Shown here piece after piece: positions 13,901 through 28,550 of a stretch of 64,000 nucleotides of DNA. Each line of letters starts with the position of its first letter. The first letter of the stretch is position 1. The DNA lies in contig NC_092680.1 of assembly GCF_964355755.1 (NCBI RefSeq), positions 11,718,001 to 11,782,000 on the forward strand, in the 5' to 3' direction. Both the position numbers and the translations under genes were made by a program. The notes under the pieces are model-generated. The model saw only the letters and a list, made by a program, of their open reading frames with translations. It was not told the origin of the DNA and made no database searches. Source of the stretch: Antedon mediterranea. Lineage: Eukaryota; Animalia; Echinodermata.

Positions 13901-16900
13901 TGTCGAAATTCTCAAAATGGTCTAAAAGGTTTTTAAATACGATATTAAGCTGTTTTGTGCACTTTGATGATTTGTGTGAAAAGTTTTAACGAAATGCTCA
14001 AAATGGTCAAAAACGGTTTCTAATGTGATTTTAAGCACTTTGATGTTTTTGTGTAACCAAGTTTTTTCAAAAATCACAAAATGGTCTAAAACGTCTCCAA
14101 ATGCGATTTGAAGCTTTTCTAAGCACTTTGGTGTTTTTATGTTAACAAGTTTTTTCGAAAATCACAAAATGGTCTAAAACGTCTCCAAATGCGATTTGAA
14201 GATATTCTGAGCACTTTGGTGTTTTTATGTTAAAAAGTTTTTTCGAAAATCACAAAATAGTCTAAAACGTCTCCAAATGCGATTTGAAGCTATTCTGTAC
14301 ACTTTGATGTTTTGTGTGAAAAAGTTTTGTCGAAATGCTCAAAATGGTCTAAAACGTTTTTAAAACGATATTATTAAGCTATTTTGTGCTCTTTGATTTT
14401 TTTGTGTAACCAAGTTTCATCGAAAATCACAAAATGGTCTAAAACGTCTCAAAATGCGATTTGAAGCTTTTCTAAGCACTTTGGTGTTTTTATCTTAACA
14501 AGTTTTTTCGAAAATCACGAAATGGTCTAAAATGTCTCCAAATGCGATTTGAAGATATTCTGAGCACTTTGGTGTTTTTATGTTAAAAAGTTTTTTCGAA
14601 AATCACAAAATGGTCTAAAACGTCTCCAAATGCGATTTGAAGCTCTTCTGTACACTTTGATGTTTTGTGTGAAAAAGTTTTGTCGAAATGCTCAAAATGG
14701 TCTAAAACGTTTTTAAATACGATATTAAGCTGTTTTGTGCACTTTGATGATTTGTGTGAAAAGTTTTAACGAAATGCTCAAAATGGTCTAAAACGGTTTC
14801 TAATGTGATTTTAAGCACTTTGATGTTTTTGTGTAACCAAGTTTTTTCGAAAATCACAAAATAGTCTAAAACGTCTCCAAATGCGATTTGAAGCTTTTCT
14901 AAGCACTTTGGTGTTTTTATGTTAACAAGTTTTTTCGAAAATCACAAAATGGTCTAAAACGTCTCCAAATGCGATTTGAGGATATTCTGAGCACTTTGGT
15001 GTTTTTTTGTTAAAAAGTTTTTTCGAAAATCACAAAATGGTCTAAAACGTCTCCAAATGCGTTTTGAAGCTATTCTGTACACTTTGATGTTTTGTGTGAA
15101 AAAGTTTTGTCGAAATGCTCAAAATGGTCTAAAACGTTTTTAAATACGATATTAAGCTATTTTGTGATCTTTGATGTTTTTGTGTGAAAAGTTTTATCGA
15201 AATGCTCAAAATGGTCTAAAACGGTTTCTATTGTGATTTTAAGCACTTTGATGATTTTGTGTAACCAAGTTTCATCGAAATGTACAAAATGGTCTAAAAC
15301 GTCTCCAAATGCGATTTGAAGCTATTCTAAATACTTTTGTGTTTTTATGTTAACAAGTTTTTTCGAAAATCACAAAATGGTCTAAAACGTCTCAAAATGC
15401 GATTTGAAGCTATTCTGTACACTTTGATGTTTTGTGTGAAAAAGTTTTGTCGAAATGCTCAAAATGGTCTAAAACGTTTTTAAAACGATATTAAGCTATT
15501 TTGTGCTCTTTGATGTTTTTGTGTAACCAAGTTTCATCGAAATCAACAAAATGGTCTAATACGTCTCCAAATGCGATTTGAAGCTTTTCCAAGCTTTTTG
15601 CTGTTTTTATGTTAAGTTTTTTCGAAAATCACAAAATGGTCTAAAACGTCTTCAAATGCGATTTGAAGCTATTCTGTACACTTTGATGTTTTGTGTGAAA
15701 AAGTTTTGTCGAAATGCTCAAAATGGTCTAAAACGTTTTTAAATACGATATTAAGCTATTTTGTGATCTTTGATGTTTTTGTGTGAAAAGTTTTATCAAA
15801 ATGCTCAAAATGGTCTGAAACGGTTTCTAATGCGATTTGAAGCTATTCTGTACACTTTGAAGTTTTGTGTGAAAAAGTTTTCTCGAAATGCTCAAAATGG
15901 TCTAAAACGTTTTTATATACCATATTAAGCTATTTTGTGCACTTTGATGTTTTTTTTTAAAAGTTTTATCGAAATGCTCAAAATGGTCTAAAACGGTTTC
16001 TATTGGGATTTTAAGCACTTTGATGATTTTGTGTAACCAAGTTTCATCGAAAATCACAAAATGGTCTAAAACGTCTCCAAATGCGATTTGAAGCTTTTCT
16101 AAGCACTTTTGTGTTTTTATGTTAACAAGTTTTTTCGAAAATCACAAAATGGTCTAAAACGTCTTCAAATGCGATTTGAAGCTATTCTGTACACTTTTAT
16201 GTTTTGTGTGAAAAAGTTTTGTCGAAATTCTCAAAATGGTCTAAAACGTTTTTAAATACGATATTAAGCTGTTTTGTGCACTTTGATGATTTGTGTGAAA
16301 AGTTTTAACGAAATGCTCAAAATGGTCTAAAACGGTTTCTAATGTGATTTTAAGCACTTTGATGTTTTTGTGTAACCAAGTTTTTTCGAAAATCACAAAA
16401 TAGTCTAAAACGTCTCCAAATGCGATTTGAAGCTTTTCTAAGCACTTTGGTGTTTTTATGTTTACAAGTTTTTTCGAAAATCACAAAATGGTCTAAAACG
16501 TCTCCAAATGCGATTTGAGGATATTCTGAGCACTTTGGTGTTTTTTTGTTAAAAAGTTTTTTCGAAAATCACAAAATGGTCTAAAACGTCTCCAAATGCG
16601 ATTTGAAGCTATTCTGTACACTTTGATGTTTTGTGTGAAAAAGTTTTGTCGAAATGCTCAAAATGGTCTAAAACGTTTTTAAATACGATATTAGGCTATT
16701 TTGTGATCTTTGATGTTTTTGTGTGAAAAGTTTTATCGAAATGCTCAAAATGGTCTAAAACGGTTTCTATTGTTATTTTAAGCACTTTGATGATTTTGTG
16801 TAACCAAGTTTCATCGAAATGTACAAAATGGTCTAAAACGTCTCCAAATGCGATTTGAAGCTATTCTAAGTACTTTTGTGTTTTTATGTTAACAAGTTTT

Positions 16901-19900
16901 TTCGAAAATCACAAAATGGTCTAAAACGTCTTCAAATGCGATTTGAAGCTATTCTGTACACTTTGATGTTTTGTGTGAAAAAGTTTTGTCAAAATGCTCA
17001 AAATGGTCTAAAACGTTTTTAAAACGATATTAAGCTATTTTGTGCTCTTTGATGTTTTTGTGTAACCAAGTTTCATCGAAAATCACAAAATGGTCTAAAA
17101 CGTCTCCAAATGCGATTTGAAGCTTTTCTAAGCACTTTGGTGTTTTTATGTTAACAAGTTTTTTCGAAAATCACAAAATGGTCTAAAACGTCTCCAAATG
17201 CGATTTGAAGCTCTTCTGTACACTTTGATGTTTTATGTGAAAAAGTTTTGTCGAAATTCTCAAAATGGTCTAAAACATTTTTAAATACGATATTAAGCTG
17301 TTTTGTGCACTTTGATGATTTGTGTGAAAAGTTTTAACGAAATGCTCAAAATGGTCAAAAACGGTTTTTAATGTGATTTTAAGCACTTTGATGTTTTTGT
17401 GTAACCAAGTTTTTTCGAAAATCACAAAATGGTCTAAAACGTCTCCAAATGCGATTTGAAGCTTTTCTAAGCACTTTGGTGTTTTTATGTTAACAAGTTT
17501 TTTCGAAAATCACAAAATGGTCTAAAACGTCTCCAAATGCGATTTGAAGATATTCTGAGCACTTTGGTGTTTTTATGTTAAAAAGTTTTTTCGAAAATCA
17601 CAAAATGGTCTAAAACGTCTTCAAATGCGATTTGAAGCTATTCTGTACACTTTGATGTTTTGTGTGAAAAAGTTTTGTCGAAATGCTCAAAATGGTCTAA
17701 AACGGTTTCTAATGCGATTTGAAGCTATTCTGTACACTTTGAAGTTTTGTGTGAAAAAGTTTTCTCGAAATGCTCAAAATGGTCTAAAACGTTTTTATAT
17801 ACCATATTAAGCTATTTTGTGCACTTTGATGTTTTTTGTGAAAAGTTTTATCGAAATTCTCAAAATGGTCTAAAACGGTTTCTATTGTGATTTTAAGCAC
17901 TTTGATGATTTTGTGTAACCAAGTTTCATCGAAATGTACAAAATGGTCTAAAACGTCTCCAAATGCGATTTGAAGCTATTCTAAGTACTTTTGTGTTTTT
18001 ATGTTAACAAGTTTTTTCGAAAATCACAAAATGGTCTAAAACGTCTTCAAATGCGATTTGAAGCTATTCTGTACACTTTGATGTTTTGTGTGAAAAAGTT
18101 TTGTCGAAATGCTCAAAATGGTCTAAAACGTTTTTAAATACGATATTAAGCTATTTTGTGATCTTTGATGTTTTTGTGTGAAAAGTTTTATCGAAATGCT
18201 CAAAATGGTCTAAAACGGTTTCTATTGTGATTTTAAGCACTTTGATGATTTTGTGTAACCAAGTTTCATCGAAATGTACAAAATGGTCTAAAACGTCTCC
18301 AAATGCGATTTGAAGCTATTCTAAGTACTTTGGTGTTTTTATGTTAACAAGTTTTTTCGAAAATCACAAAATGGTCTAAAACGTCTTCAAATGCGATTTG
18401 AATCTATTCTGTACACTTTGGTGTTTTTATGTTAAAAAGTTTTTTTGAAAATCACAAAAAGGTCTAAAACGTCTCAAAATGCGATTTGAAGCTATTCTGT
18501 ACACTTTGATGTTTTGTGTGAAAAAGTTTTCTCGAAATGCTCAAAATGGTCTAAAACGTTTTTAAAACGATATTAAGCTATTTTGTGCTCTTTGATGTTT
18601 TTGTGTAACCAAGTTTCATCGAAAATCACAAAATGGTCTAAAACGTCTCCAAATGCGATTTGAAGCTTTTCTAAGCACTTTGGTGTTTTTATGTTAACAA
18701 GTTTTTTTCGAAAATCACGAAATGGTCTAAAACGTCTCCAAATGCGATTTGAAGATATTCTGAGCACTTTGGTGTTTTTATGTTAAAAAGTTTTTTCGAA
18801 AATCACAAAATGGTCTAAAACGTCTCCAAATGCGATTTGAAGCTCTTCTGTACACTTTGATGTTTTGTGTGAAAAAGTTTTGTCGAAATGCTCAAAATGG
18901 TCTAAAACGTTTTTAAATACGATATTAAGCTGTTTTGTGCACTTGAATGATTTGTGTGAAAAGTTTTAACGAAATGCTCAAAATGGTCTAAAACGGTTTC
19001 TAATGTGATTTTAAGCACTTTGATGTTTTTGTGTAACCAAGTTTTTTCGAAAATCACAAAATGGTCTAAAACGTCTCCAAATGCGATTTGAAGCTTTTCT
19101 AAGCACTTTGGTGTTTTTATGTTAACAAGTTTTTTCGAAAATCACAAAATGGTCTAAAACGTCTCCAAATGCGATTTGAGGATATTCTGAGCACTTTGGT
19201 GTTTTTATGTTAAAAAGTTTTTTCGAAAATCACAAAATGGTCTAAAACGTCTCCAAATGCGATTTGAAGCTATTCTGTACATTTTGATGTTTTGTGTGAA
19301 AAAGTTTTGTCGAAATGCTCAAAATGGTCTAAAACGTTTTTAAAACGATATTAAGCTATTTTGTGCTCTTTGATGTTTTTGTGTAACCAAGTTTCATCGA
19401 AATCAACAAAATGGTCTAATACGTCTCCAAATGCGATTTGAAGCTTTTCCAAGCACTTTGCTGTTTTTATGTTAACAAGTTTTTTCGAAAATCACAAAAT
19501 GGTCTAAAACGTCTTCAAATGCGATTTGAAGCTATTCTGTACACTTTGATGTTTTGTGTGAAAAAGTTTTGTCAAAATGCTCAAAATGGTCTAAAACGTT
19601 TTTAAATACGATATTAAGCTATTTTGTGATCTTTGATGTTTTTGTGTGAAAAGTTTTATCGAAATGCTCAAAATGGTCTAAAACGGTTTCTAATGCGATT
19701 TGAAGCTATTCTGTACACTTTGAAGTTTTTTGTGAAAAAGTTTTCTCAAAAATGCTCAAAATGGTCTAAAAAGTTTTTATATACCATATTAAGCTATTTT
19801 GTGCACTTTGATGTTTTTTGTGAAAAGTTTTATCGAAATGCTCAAAATGGTCTAAAACGGTTTCTATTGTGATTTTAAGCACTTTGATGATTTTGTGTAA

Positions 19901-22900
19901 CCAAGTTTCATCGAAATGTACAAAATGGTCTAAAACGTCTCCAAATGCGATTTGAAGCTATTCTAAGTACTTTTGTGTTTTTATGTTAACAAGTTTTTTC
20001 GAAAATCACAAAATGGTCTAAAACGTCTTCAAATGCGATTTGAAGCTATTCTGTACACTTTTATGTTTTGTGTGAAAAAGTTTTGTCGAAATTCTCAAAA
20101 TGGTCTAAAACGTTTTTAAATACGATATTAAGCTGTTTTGTGCACTTTGATGATTTGTGTGAAAAGTTTTAACGAAATGCTCAAAATGGTCAAAAACGGT
20201 TTCTAATGTGATTTTAAGCACTTTGATGTTTTTGTGTAACCAAGTTTTTTCAAAAATCACAAAATGGTCTAAAACGTCTCCAAATGCGATTTGAAGCTTT
20301 TCTAAGCACTTTGGTGTTTTTATGTTAACTAGTTTTTTCGAAAATCACAAAATGGTCTAAAACGTCTCCAAATGCGATTTGAAGATATTCTGAGCACTTT
20401 GGTGTTTTTATGTTAAAAAGTTTTTTCGAAAATCACAAAATAGTCTAAAACGTCTCCAAATGCGATTTGAAGCTATTCTGTACACTTTGATGTTTTGTGT
20501 GAAAAAGTTTTGTCGAAATGCTCAAAATGGTCTAAAACGTTTTTAAAACGATATTAAGCTATTTTGTGCTCTTTGATGTTTTTGTGTAACCAAGTTTCAT
20601 CGAAAATCACAAAATTGTCTAAAACGTCTCAAAATGCGATTTGAAGCTTTTCTAAGCACTTTGGTGTTTTTATGTTAACAAGTTTTTTCGAAAATCACGA
20701 AATGGTCTAAAATGTCTCCAAATGCGATTTGAAGATATTCTGAGCACTTTGGTGTTTTTATGTTAAAAAGTTTTTTCGAAAATCACAAAATGGTCTAAAA
20801 CGTCTCCAAATGCGATTTGAAGCTCTTCTGTACACTTTGATGTTTTGTGTGAAAAAGTTTTGTCGAAATGCTCAAAATGGTCTAAAACGTTTTTAAATAC
20901 GATATTAAGCTGTTTTGTGCACTTTGATGATTTGTGTGAAAAGTTTTAACGAAATGCTCAAAATGGTCTAAAACGGTTTCTAATGTGATTTTAAGCACTT
21001 TGATGTTTTTGTGTAACCAAGTTTTTTCGAAAATCACAAAATAGTCTAAAACGTCTCCAAATGCGATTTGAAGCTTTTCTAAGCACTTTGGTGTTTTTAT
21101 GTTAACAAGTTTTTTCGAAAATCAAAAAATGGTCTAAAACGTCTCCAAATGCGATTTGAGGATATTCTGAGCACTTTGGTGTTTTTTTGTTAAAAAGTTT
21201 TTTCGAAAATAACAAAATGGTCTAAAACGTCTCCAAATGCGATTTGAAGCTATTCTGTACACTTTGATGTTTTGTGTGAAAAAGTTTTGTCGAAATGCTC
21301 AAAATGGTCTAAAACGTTTTTAAATACGATATTAAGCTATTTTGTGATCTTTGATGTTTTTGTGTGAAAAGTTTTATCGAAATGCTCAAAATGGTCTAAA
21401 ACGGTTTCTATTGTGATTTTAAGCACTTTGATGATTTTGTGTAACCAAGTTTCATCGAAATGTACAAAATGGTCTAAAACGTCTCCAAATGCGATTTGAA
21501 GCTATTCTAAGTACTTTTGTGTTTTTATGTTAACAAGTTTTTTCGAAAATCACAAAATGGTCTAAAACGTCTTCAAATGCGATTTGAAGCTATTCTGTAC
21601 ACTTTGATGTTTTGTGTGAAAAAGTTTTGTCAAAATGCTCAAAATGGTCTAAAACGTTTTTAAAACGATATTAAGCTATTTTGTGCTCTTTGATGTTTTT
21701 GTGTAACCAAGTTTCAACGAAAATCACAAAATGGTCTAAAACGTCTCCAAATGCGATTTGAAGCTTTTCTAAGCACTTTGGTGTTTTTATGTTAACAAGT
21801 TTTTTCGAAAATCACAAAATGGTCTAAAACGTCTCCAAATGCGATTTGAAGCTCTTCTGTACACTTTGATGTTTTGTGTGAAAAAGTTTTGTCGAAATTC
21901 TCAAAATGGTCTAAAAGGTTTTTAAATACGATATTAAGCTGTTTTGTGCACTTTGATGATTTGTGTGAAAAGTTTTAACGAAATGCTCAAAATGGTCTAA
22001 AACGGTTTCTAATGTGATTTTAAGCACTTTGATGTTTTTGTGTAACCAAGTTTTTTCGAAAATCACAAAATGGTCTAATACGTCTCCAAATGCGATTTGA
22101 AGCTTTTCCAAGCACTTTGCTGTTTTTATGTTAAGTTTTTTCGAAAATCACAAAATGGTCTAAAACGTCTTCAAATGCGATTTGAAGCTATTCTGTACAC
22201 TTTGATGTTTTGTGTGAAAAAGTTTTGTCGAAATGCTCAAAATGGTCTAAAACGTTTTTAAATACGATATTAAGCTATTTTGTGATCTTTGATGTTTTTG
22301 TGTGAAAAGTTTTATCAAAATGCTCAAAATGGTCTGAAACGGTTTCTAATGCGATTTGAAGCTATTCTGTACACTTTGAAGTTTTGTGTGAAAAAGTTTT
22401 CTCGAAATGCTCAAAATGGTCTAAAACGTTTTTATATACCATATTAAGCTATTTTGTGCACTTTGATGTTTTTTTTGAAAAGTTTTATCGAAATGCTCAA
22501 AATGGTCTAAAACGGTTTCTATTGGGATTTTAAGCACTTTGATGATTTTGTGTAACCAAGTTTCATCGAAATGTACAAAATGGTCTAAAACGTCTCCAAA
22601 TGCGATTTGAAGCTATTCTAAGTACTTTTGTGTTTTTATGTTAACAAGTTTTTTCGAAAATCACAAAATGGTCTAAAACGTCTTCAAATGCGATTTGAAG
22701 CTATTCTGTACACTTTGATGTTTTGTGTGAAAAAGTTTTGTTGAAATGCTCAAAATGGTCAAAAACGGTTTCTAATGTGATTTTAAGCACAAGCACTTTG
22801 GTGTTTTTATGTTAACAAGTTTTTTCGAAAATCACAAAATGGTCTAAAACGTCTCCAAATGCGATTTGAAGATATTCTGAGCACTTTGGTGTTTTTATGT

Positions 22901-25900
22901 TAAAAAGTTTTTTCGAAAATCACAAAATAGTCTAAAACGTCTCAAAATGCGATTTGAAGCTATTCTGTACACTTTGATGTTTTGTGTGAAAAAGTTTTGT
23001 CGAAATGCTCAAAATGGTCTAAAACGTTTTTAAAACGATATTAAGCTATTTTGTGCTCTTTGATGTTTTTGTGTAACCAAGTTTCATCGAAAATCACAAA
23101 ATGGTCTAAAACGTCTCCAAATGCGATTTGAAGCTTTTCTAAGCACTTTGGTGTTTTTATGTTAACAAGTTTTTTCGAAAATCACGAAATGGTCTAAAAT
23201 GTCTCCAAATGCGATTTGAAGATATTCTGAGCACTTTGGTGTTTTTATGTTAAAACGTTTTTTCGAAAATCACAAAATGGTCTAAAACGTTTTTAAATAC
23301 GATATTAAGCTATTTTGTGATCTTTGATGTTTTTGTGTGAAAAGTTTTATCGAAATGCTCAAAATGGTCTAAAACGGTTTCTAATGCGATTTGAAGCTAT
23401 TCGGTACACTTTGAAGTTTTTTGTGAAAAAGTTTTCTCGAAATGCTCAAAATGGTCTAAAACGTTTTTATATACCATATTAAGCTATTTTGTGCACTTTG
23501 ATGTTTTTTGTGAAAAGTTTTATCGAAATTCTCAAAATGGTCTAAAACGGTTTCTATTGTGATTTTAAGCACTTTGATGATTTTGTGTAACCAAGTTTCA
23601 TCGAAATGTACAAAATGGTCTAAAACGTCTCCAAATGCGATTTGAAGCTATTCTAAGTACTTTTGTGTTTTTATGTTAACAAGTTTTTTCGAAAATCACG
23701 AAATGGTCTAAAATGTCTCCAAATGCGATTTGAAGATATTCTGAGCACTTTGGTGTTTTTATGTTAAAAAGTTTTTTCGAAAATCACAAAATAGTCTAAA
23801 ACGTCTCCAAATGCGATTTGAAGCTATTCTGTACACTTTGATGTTTTGTGTGAAAAAGTTTTGTCGAAATGCTCAAAATGGTCTAAAACATTTTTAAAAC
23901 GATATTAAGCTATTTTGTGCTCTTTGATGTTTTTGTGTAACCAAGTTTCATCGAAAATCACAAAATGGTCTAAAACGTCTCAAAATGCGATTTGAAGCTT
24001 TTCTAAGCACTTTGGTGTTTTTATGTTAACAAGTTTTTTCGAAAATCACGAAATGGTCTAAAATGTCTCCAAATGCGATTTGAAGATATTCTGAGCACTT
24101 TGGTGTTTTTATGTTAAAAAGTTTTTTCGAAAATCACAAAATGGTCTAAAACGTCTCCAAATGCGATTTGAAGCTCTTCTGTACACTTTGATGTTTTGTG
24201 TGAAAAAGTTTTGTCGAAATGCTCAAAATGGTCTAAAACGTTTTTAAATACGATATTAAGCTGTTTTGTGCACTTTGATGATTTGTGTGAAAAGTTTTAA
24301 CGAAATGCTCAAAATGGTCTAAAACGGTTTCTAATGTGATTTTAAGCACTTTGATGTTTTTGTGTAACCAAGTTTTTTCGAAAATCACAAAATAGTCTAA
24401 AACGTCTCCAAATGCGATTTGAAGCTTTTCTAAGCACTTTGGTGTTTTTATGTTAACAAGTTTTTTCGAAAATCACAAAATGGTCTAAAACGTCTCCAAA
24501 TGCGATTTGAGGATATTCTGAGCACTTTGGTGTTTTTTCGTTAAAAAGTTTTTTCGAAAATCACAAAATGGTCTAAAACGTCTCCAAATGCGATTTGAAG
24601 CTATTCTGTACACTTTGATGTTTTGTGTGAAAAAGTTTTGTCGAAATGCTCAAAATGGTCTAAAACGTTTTGAAATACGATATTAAGCTATTTTGTGATC
24701 TTAGATGTTTTTGTGTGAAAAGTTTTATCGAAATGCTCAAAATGGTCTAAAACGGTTTCTATTGTGATTTTAAGCACTTTGATGATTTTGTGTAACCAAG
24801 TTTCATCGAAATGTACAAAATGGTCTAAAATGTCTCCAAATGCGATTTGAAGCTATTCTAAGTACTTTTGTGTTTTTATGTTAACAAGTTTTTTCGAAAA
24901 TCACAAAATGGTCTAAAACGTCTTCAAATGCGATTTGAAGCTATTCTGTACACTTTGATGTTTTGTGTGAAAAAGTTTTGTCAAAATGCTCAAAATGGTC
25001 TAAAACGTTTTTAAAACGATATTAAGCTATTTTGTGCTCTTTGATGTTTTTGTGTAACCAAGTTTCATCGAAAATCACAAAATGGTCTAAAACGTCTCCA
25101 AATGCGATTTGAAGCTTTTCTAAGCACTTTGGTGTTTTTATGTTAACAAGTTTTTTCGAAAATCACAAAATGGTCTAAAACATCTCCAAATGCGATTTGA
25201 AGCTCTTCTGTACACTTTGATGTTTTGTGTGAAAAAGTTTTGTCGAAATTCTCAAAATGGTCTAAAAGGTTTTTAAATACGATATTAAGCTGTTTTGTGC
25301 ACTTTGATGATTTGTGTGAAAAGTTTTAACGAAATGCTCAAAATGGTCTAAAACGGTTTCTAATGTGATTTTAAGCACTTTGATGTTTTTGTGTAACCAA
25401 GTTTTTTCGAAAATCACAAAATAGTCTAAAACGTCTCCAAATGCGATTTGAAGCTTTTCTAAGCACTTTGGTGTTTTTATGTTTACAAGTTTTTTCGAAA
25501 ATCACAAAATGGTCTAAAACGTCTCCAAATGCGATTTGAGGATATTCTGAGCACTTTGGTGTTTTTTTGTTAAAAAGTTTTTTCGAAAATCACAAAATGG
25601 TCTAAAACGTCTCCAAATGCGATTTGAAGCTATTCTGTACACTTTGATGTTTTGTGTGAAAAAGTTTTGTCGAAATGCTCAAAATGGTCTAAAACGTTTT
25701 TAAATACGATATTAAGCTATTTTGTGATCTTTGATGTTTTTGTGTGAAAAGTTTTATCGAAATGCTCAAAATGGTCTAAAACGGTTTCTATTGTGATTTT
25801 AAGCACTTTGATGATTTTGTGTAACCAAGTTTCATCGAAATGTACAAAATGGTCTAAAACGTCTCCAAATGCGATTTGAAGCTATTCTAAGTACTTTTGT

Positions 25901-28550
25901 GTTTTTATGTTAACAAGTTTTTTCGAAAATCACAAAATGGTCTAAAACGTCTCCAAATGCGATTTGAAGCTATTCTGTACACTTTGATGTTTTGTGTGAA
26001 AAAGTTTTGTCGAAATGCTCAAAATGGTCTAAAACGTTTTTAAAACGATATTAAGCTATTTTGTGCTCTTTGATGTTTTTGTGTAACCAAGTTTCATCGA
26101 AATCAACAAAATGGTCTAATACGTCTCCAAATGCGATTTGAAGCTTTTCCAAGCTTTTTGCTGTTTTTATGTTAAGTTTTTTCGAAAATCACAAAATGGT
26201 CTAAAACGTCTTCAAATGCGATTTGAAGCTATTCTGTACACTTTGATGTTTTGTGTGAAAAAGTTTTGTCGAAATGCTCAAAATGGTCTAAAACGTTTTT
26301 AAATACGATATTAAGCTATTTTGTGATCTTTGATGTTTTTGTGTGAAAAGTTTTATCAAAATGCTCAAAATGGTCTGAAACGGTTTCTAATGCGATTTGA
26401 AGCTATTCTGTACACTTTGAAGTTTTGTGTGAAAAAGTTTTCTCGAAATGCTCAAAATGGTCTAAAACGTTTTTATATACCATATTAAGCTATTTTGTGC
26501 ACTTTGATGTTTTTTGTGAAAAGTTTTATCGAAATGCTCAAAATGGTCTAAAACGGTTTCTATTGGGATTTTAAGCACTTTGATGATTTTGTGTAACCAA
26601 GTTTCATCGAAAATCACAAAATGGTCTAAAACGTCTCCAAATGCGATTTGAAGCTTTTCTAAGCACTTTTGTGTTTTTATGTTAACAAGTTTTTTCGAAA
26701 ATCACAAAATGGTCTAAAACGTCTTCAAATGCGATTGTAAGCTATTCTGTACACTTTTATGTTTTGTGTGAAAAAGTTTTGTCGAAATTCTCAAAATGGT
26801 CTAAAACGTTTTTAAATACGATATTAAGCTGTTTTGTGCACTTTGATGATTTGTGTGAAAAGTTTTAACGAAAGGCTCAAAATGGTCTAAAACGGTTTCT
26901 AATGTGATTTTAAGCACTTTGATGTTTTTGTGTAACCAAGTTTTTTCGAAAATCACAAAATAGTCTAAAACGTCTCCAAATGCGATTTGAAGCTTTTCTA
27001 AGCACTTTGGTGTTTTTATGTTAACAAGTTTTTTCGAAAATCACAAAATGGTCTAAAACGTCTCCAAATGCGATTTGAGTATATTCTGAGCACTTTGGTG
27101 TTTTTTTGTTAAAAAGTTTTTTCGAAAATCACAAAATGGTCTAAAACGTCTCCAAATGCGATTTGAAGCTATTCTGTACACTTTGATGTTTTGTGTGAAA
27201 AAGTTTTGTCGAAATGCTCAAAATGGTCTAAAACGTTTTTAAATACGATATTAAGCTATTTTGTGATCTTTGATGTTTTTGTGTGAAAAGTTTTATCGAA
27301 ATGCTCAAAATGGTCTAAAACGGTTTCTATTGTGATTTTAAGCACTTTGATGATTTTGTGTAACCAAGTTTCATCGAAATGTACAAAATGGTCTAAAACG
27401 TCTCCAAATGCGATTTGAAGCTATTCTAAGTACTTTTGTGTTTTTATGTTAACAAGTTTTTTCGAAAATCACAAAATGGTCTAAAACGTCTTCAAATGCG
27501 ATTTGAAGCTATTCTGTACACTTTGATGTTTTGTGTGAAAAAGTTTTGTCAAAATGCTCAAAATGGTCTAAAACGTTTTTAAAACGATATTAAGCTATTT
27601 TGTGCTCTTTGATGTTTTTGTGTAACCAAGTTTCATCGAAAATCACAAAATGGTCTAAAACGTCTCCAAATGCGATTTGAAGCTTTTCTAAGCACTTTGG
27701 TGTTTTTATGTTAACAAGTTTTTTCGAAAATCACAAAATGGTCTAAAACGTCTCCAAATGCGATTTGAAGCTCTTCTGTACACTTTGATGTTTTGTGTGA
27801 AAAAGTTTTGTCGAAATTCTCAAAATGGTCTAAAAGGTTTTTAAATACGATATTAAGCTGTTTTGTGCACTTTGATGATTTGTGTGAAAAGTTTTAACGA
27901 AATGCTCAAAATGGTCTAAAACGGTTTCTAATGTGATTTTAAGCACTTTGATGTTTTTGTGTAACCAAGTTTTTTCGAAAATCACAAAATGGTCTAATAC
28001 GTCTCCAAATGCGATTTGAAGCTTTTCCAAGCACTTTGCTGTTTTTATGTTAAGTTTTTTCGAAAATCACAAAATGGTCTAAAACGTCTTCAAATGCGAT
28101 TTGAAGCTATTCTGTACACTTTGATGTTTTGTGTGAAAAAGTTTTGTCGAAATGCTCAAAATGGTCTAAAACGTTTTTAAATACGATATTAAGCTATTTT
28201 GTGATCTTTGATGTTTTTGTGTGAAAAGTTTTATCAAAATGCTCAAAATGGTCTGAAACGGTTTCTAATGCGATTTGAAGCTATTCTGTACACTTTGAAG
28301 TTTTGTGTGAAAAAGTTTTCTCGAAATGCTCAAAATGGTCTAAAACGTTTTTATATACCATATTAAGCTATTTTGTGCACTTTGATGTTTTTTTTGAAAA
28401 GTTTTATCGAAATGCTCAAAATGGTCTAAAACGGTTTCTATTGGGATTTTAAGCACTTTGATGATTTTGTGTAACCAAGTTTCATCGAAATGTACAAAAT
28501 GGTCTAAAACGTCTCCAAATGCGATTTGAAGCTATTCTAAGTACTTTTGT

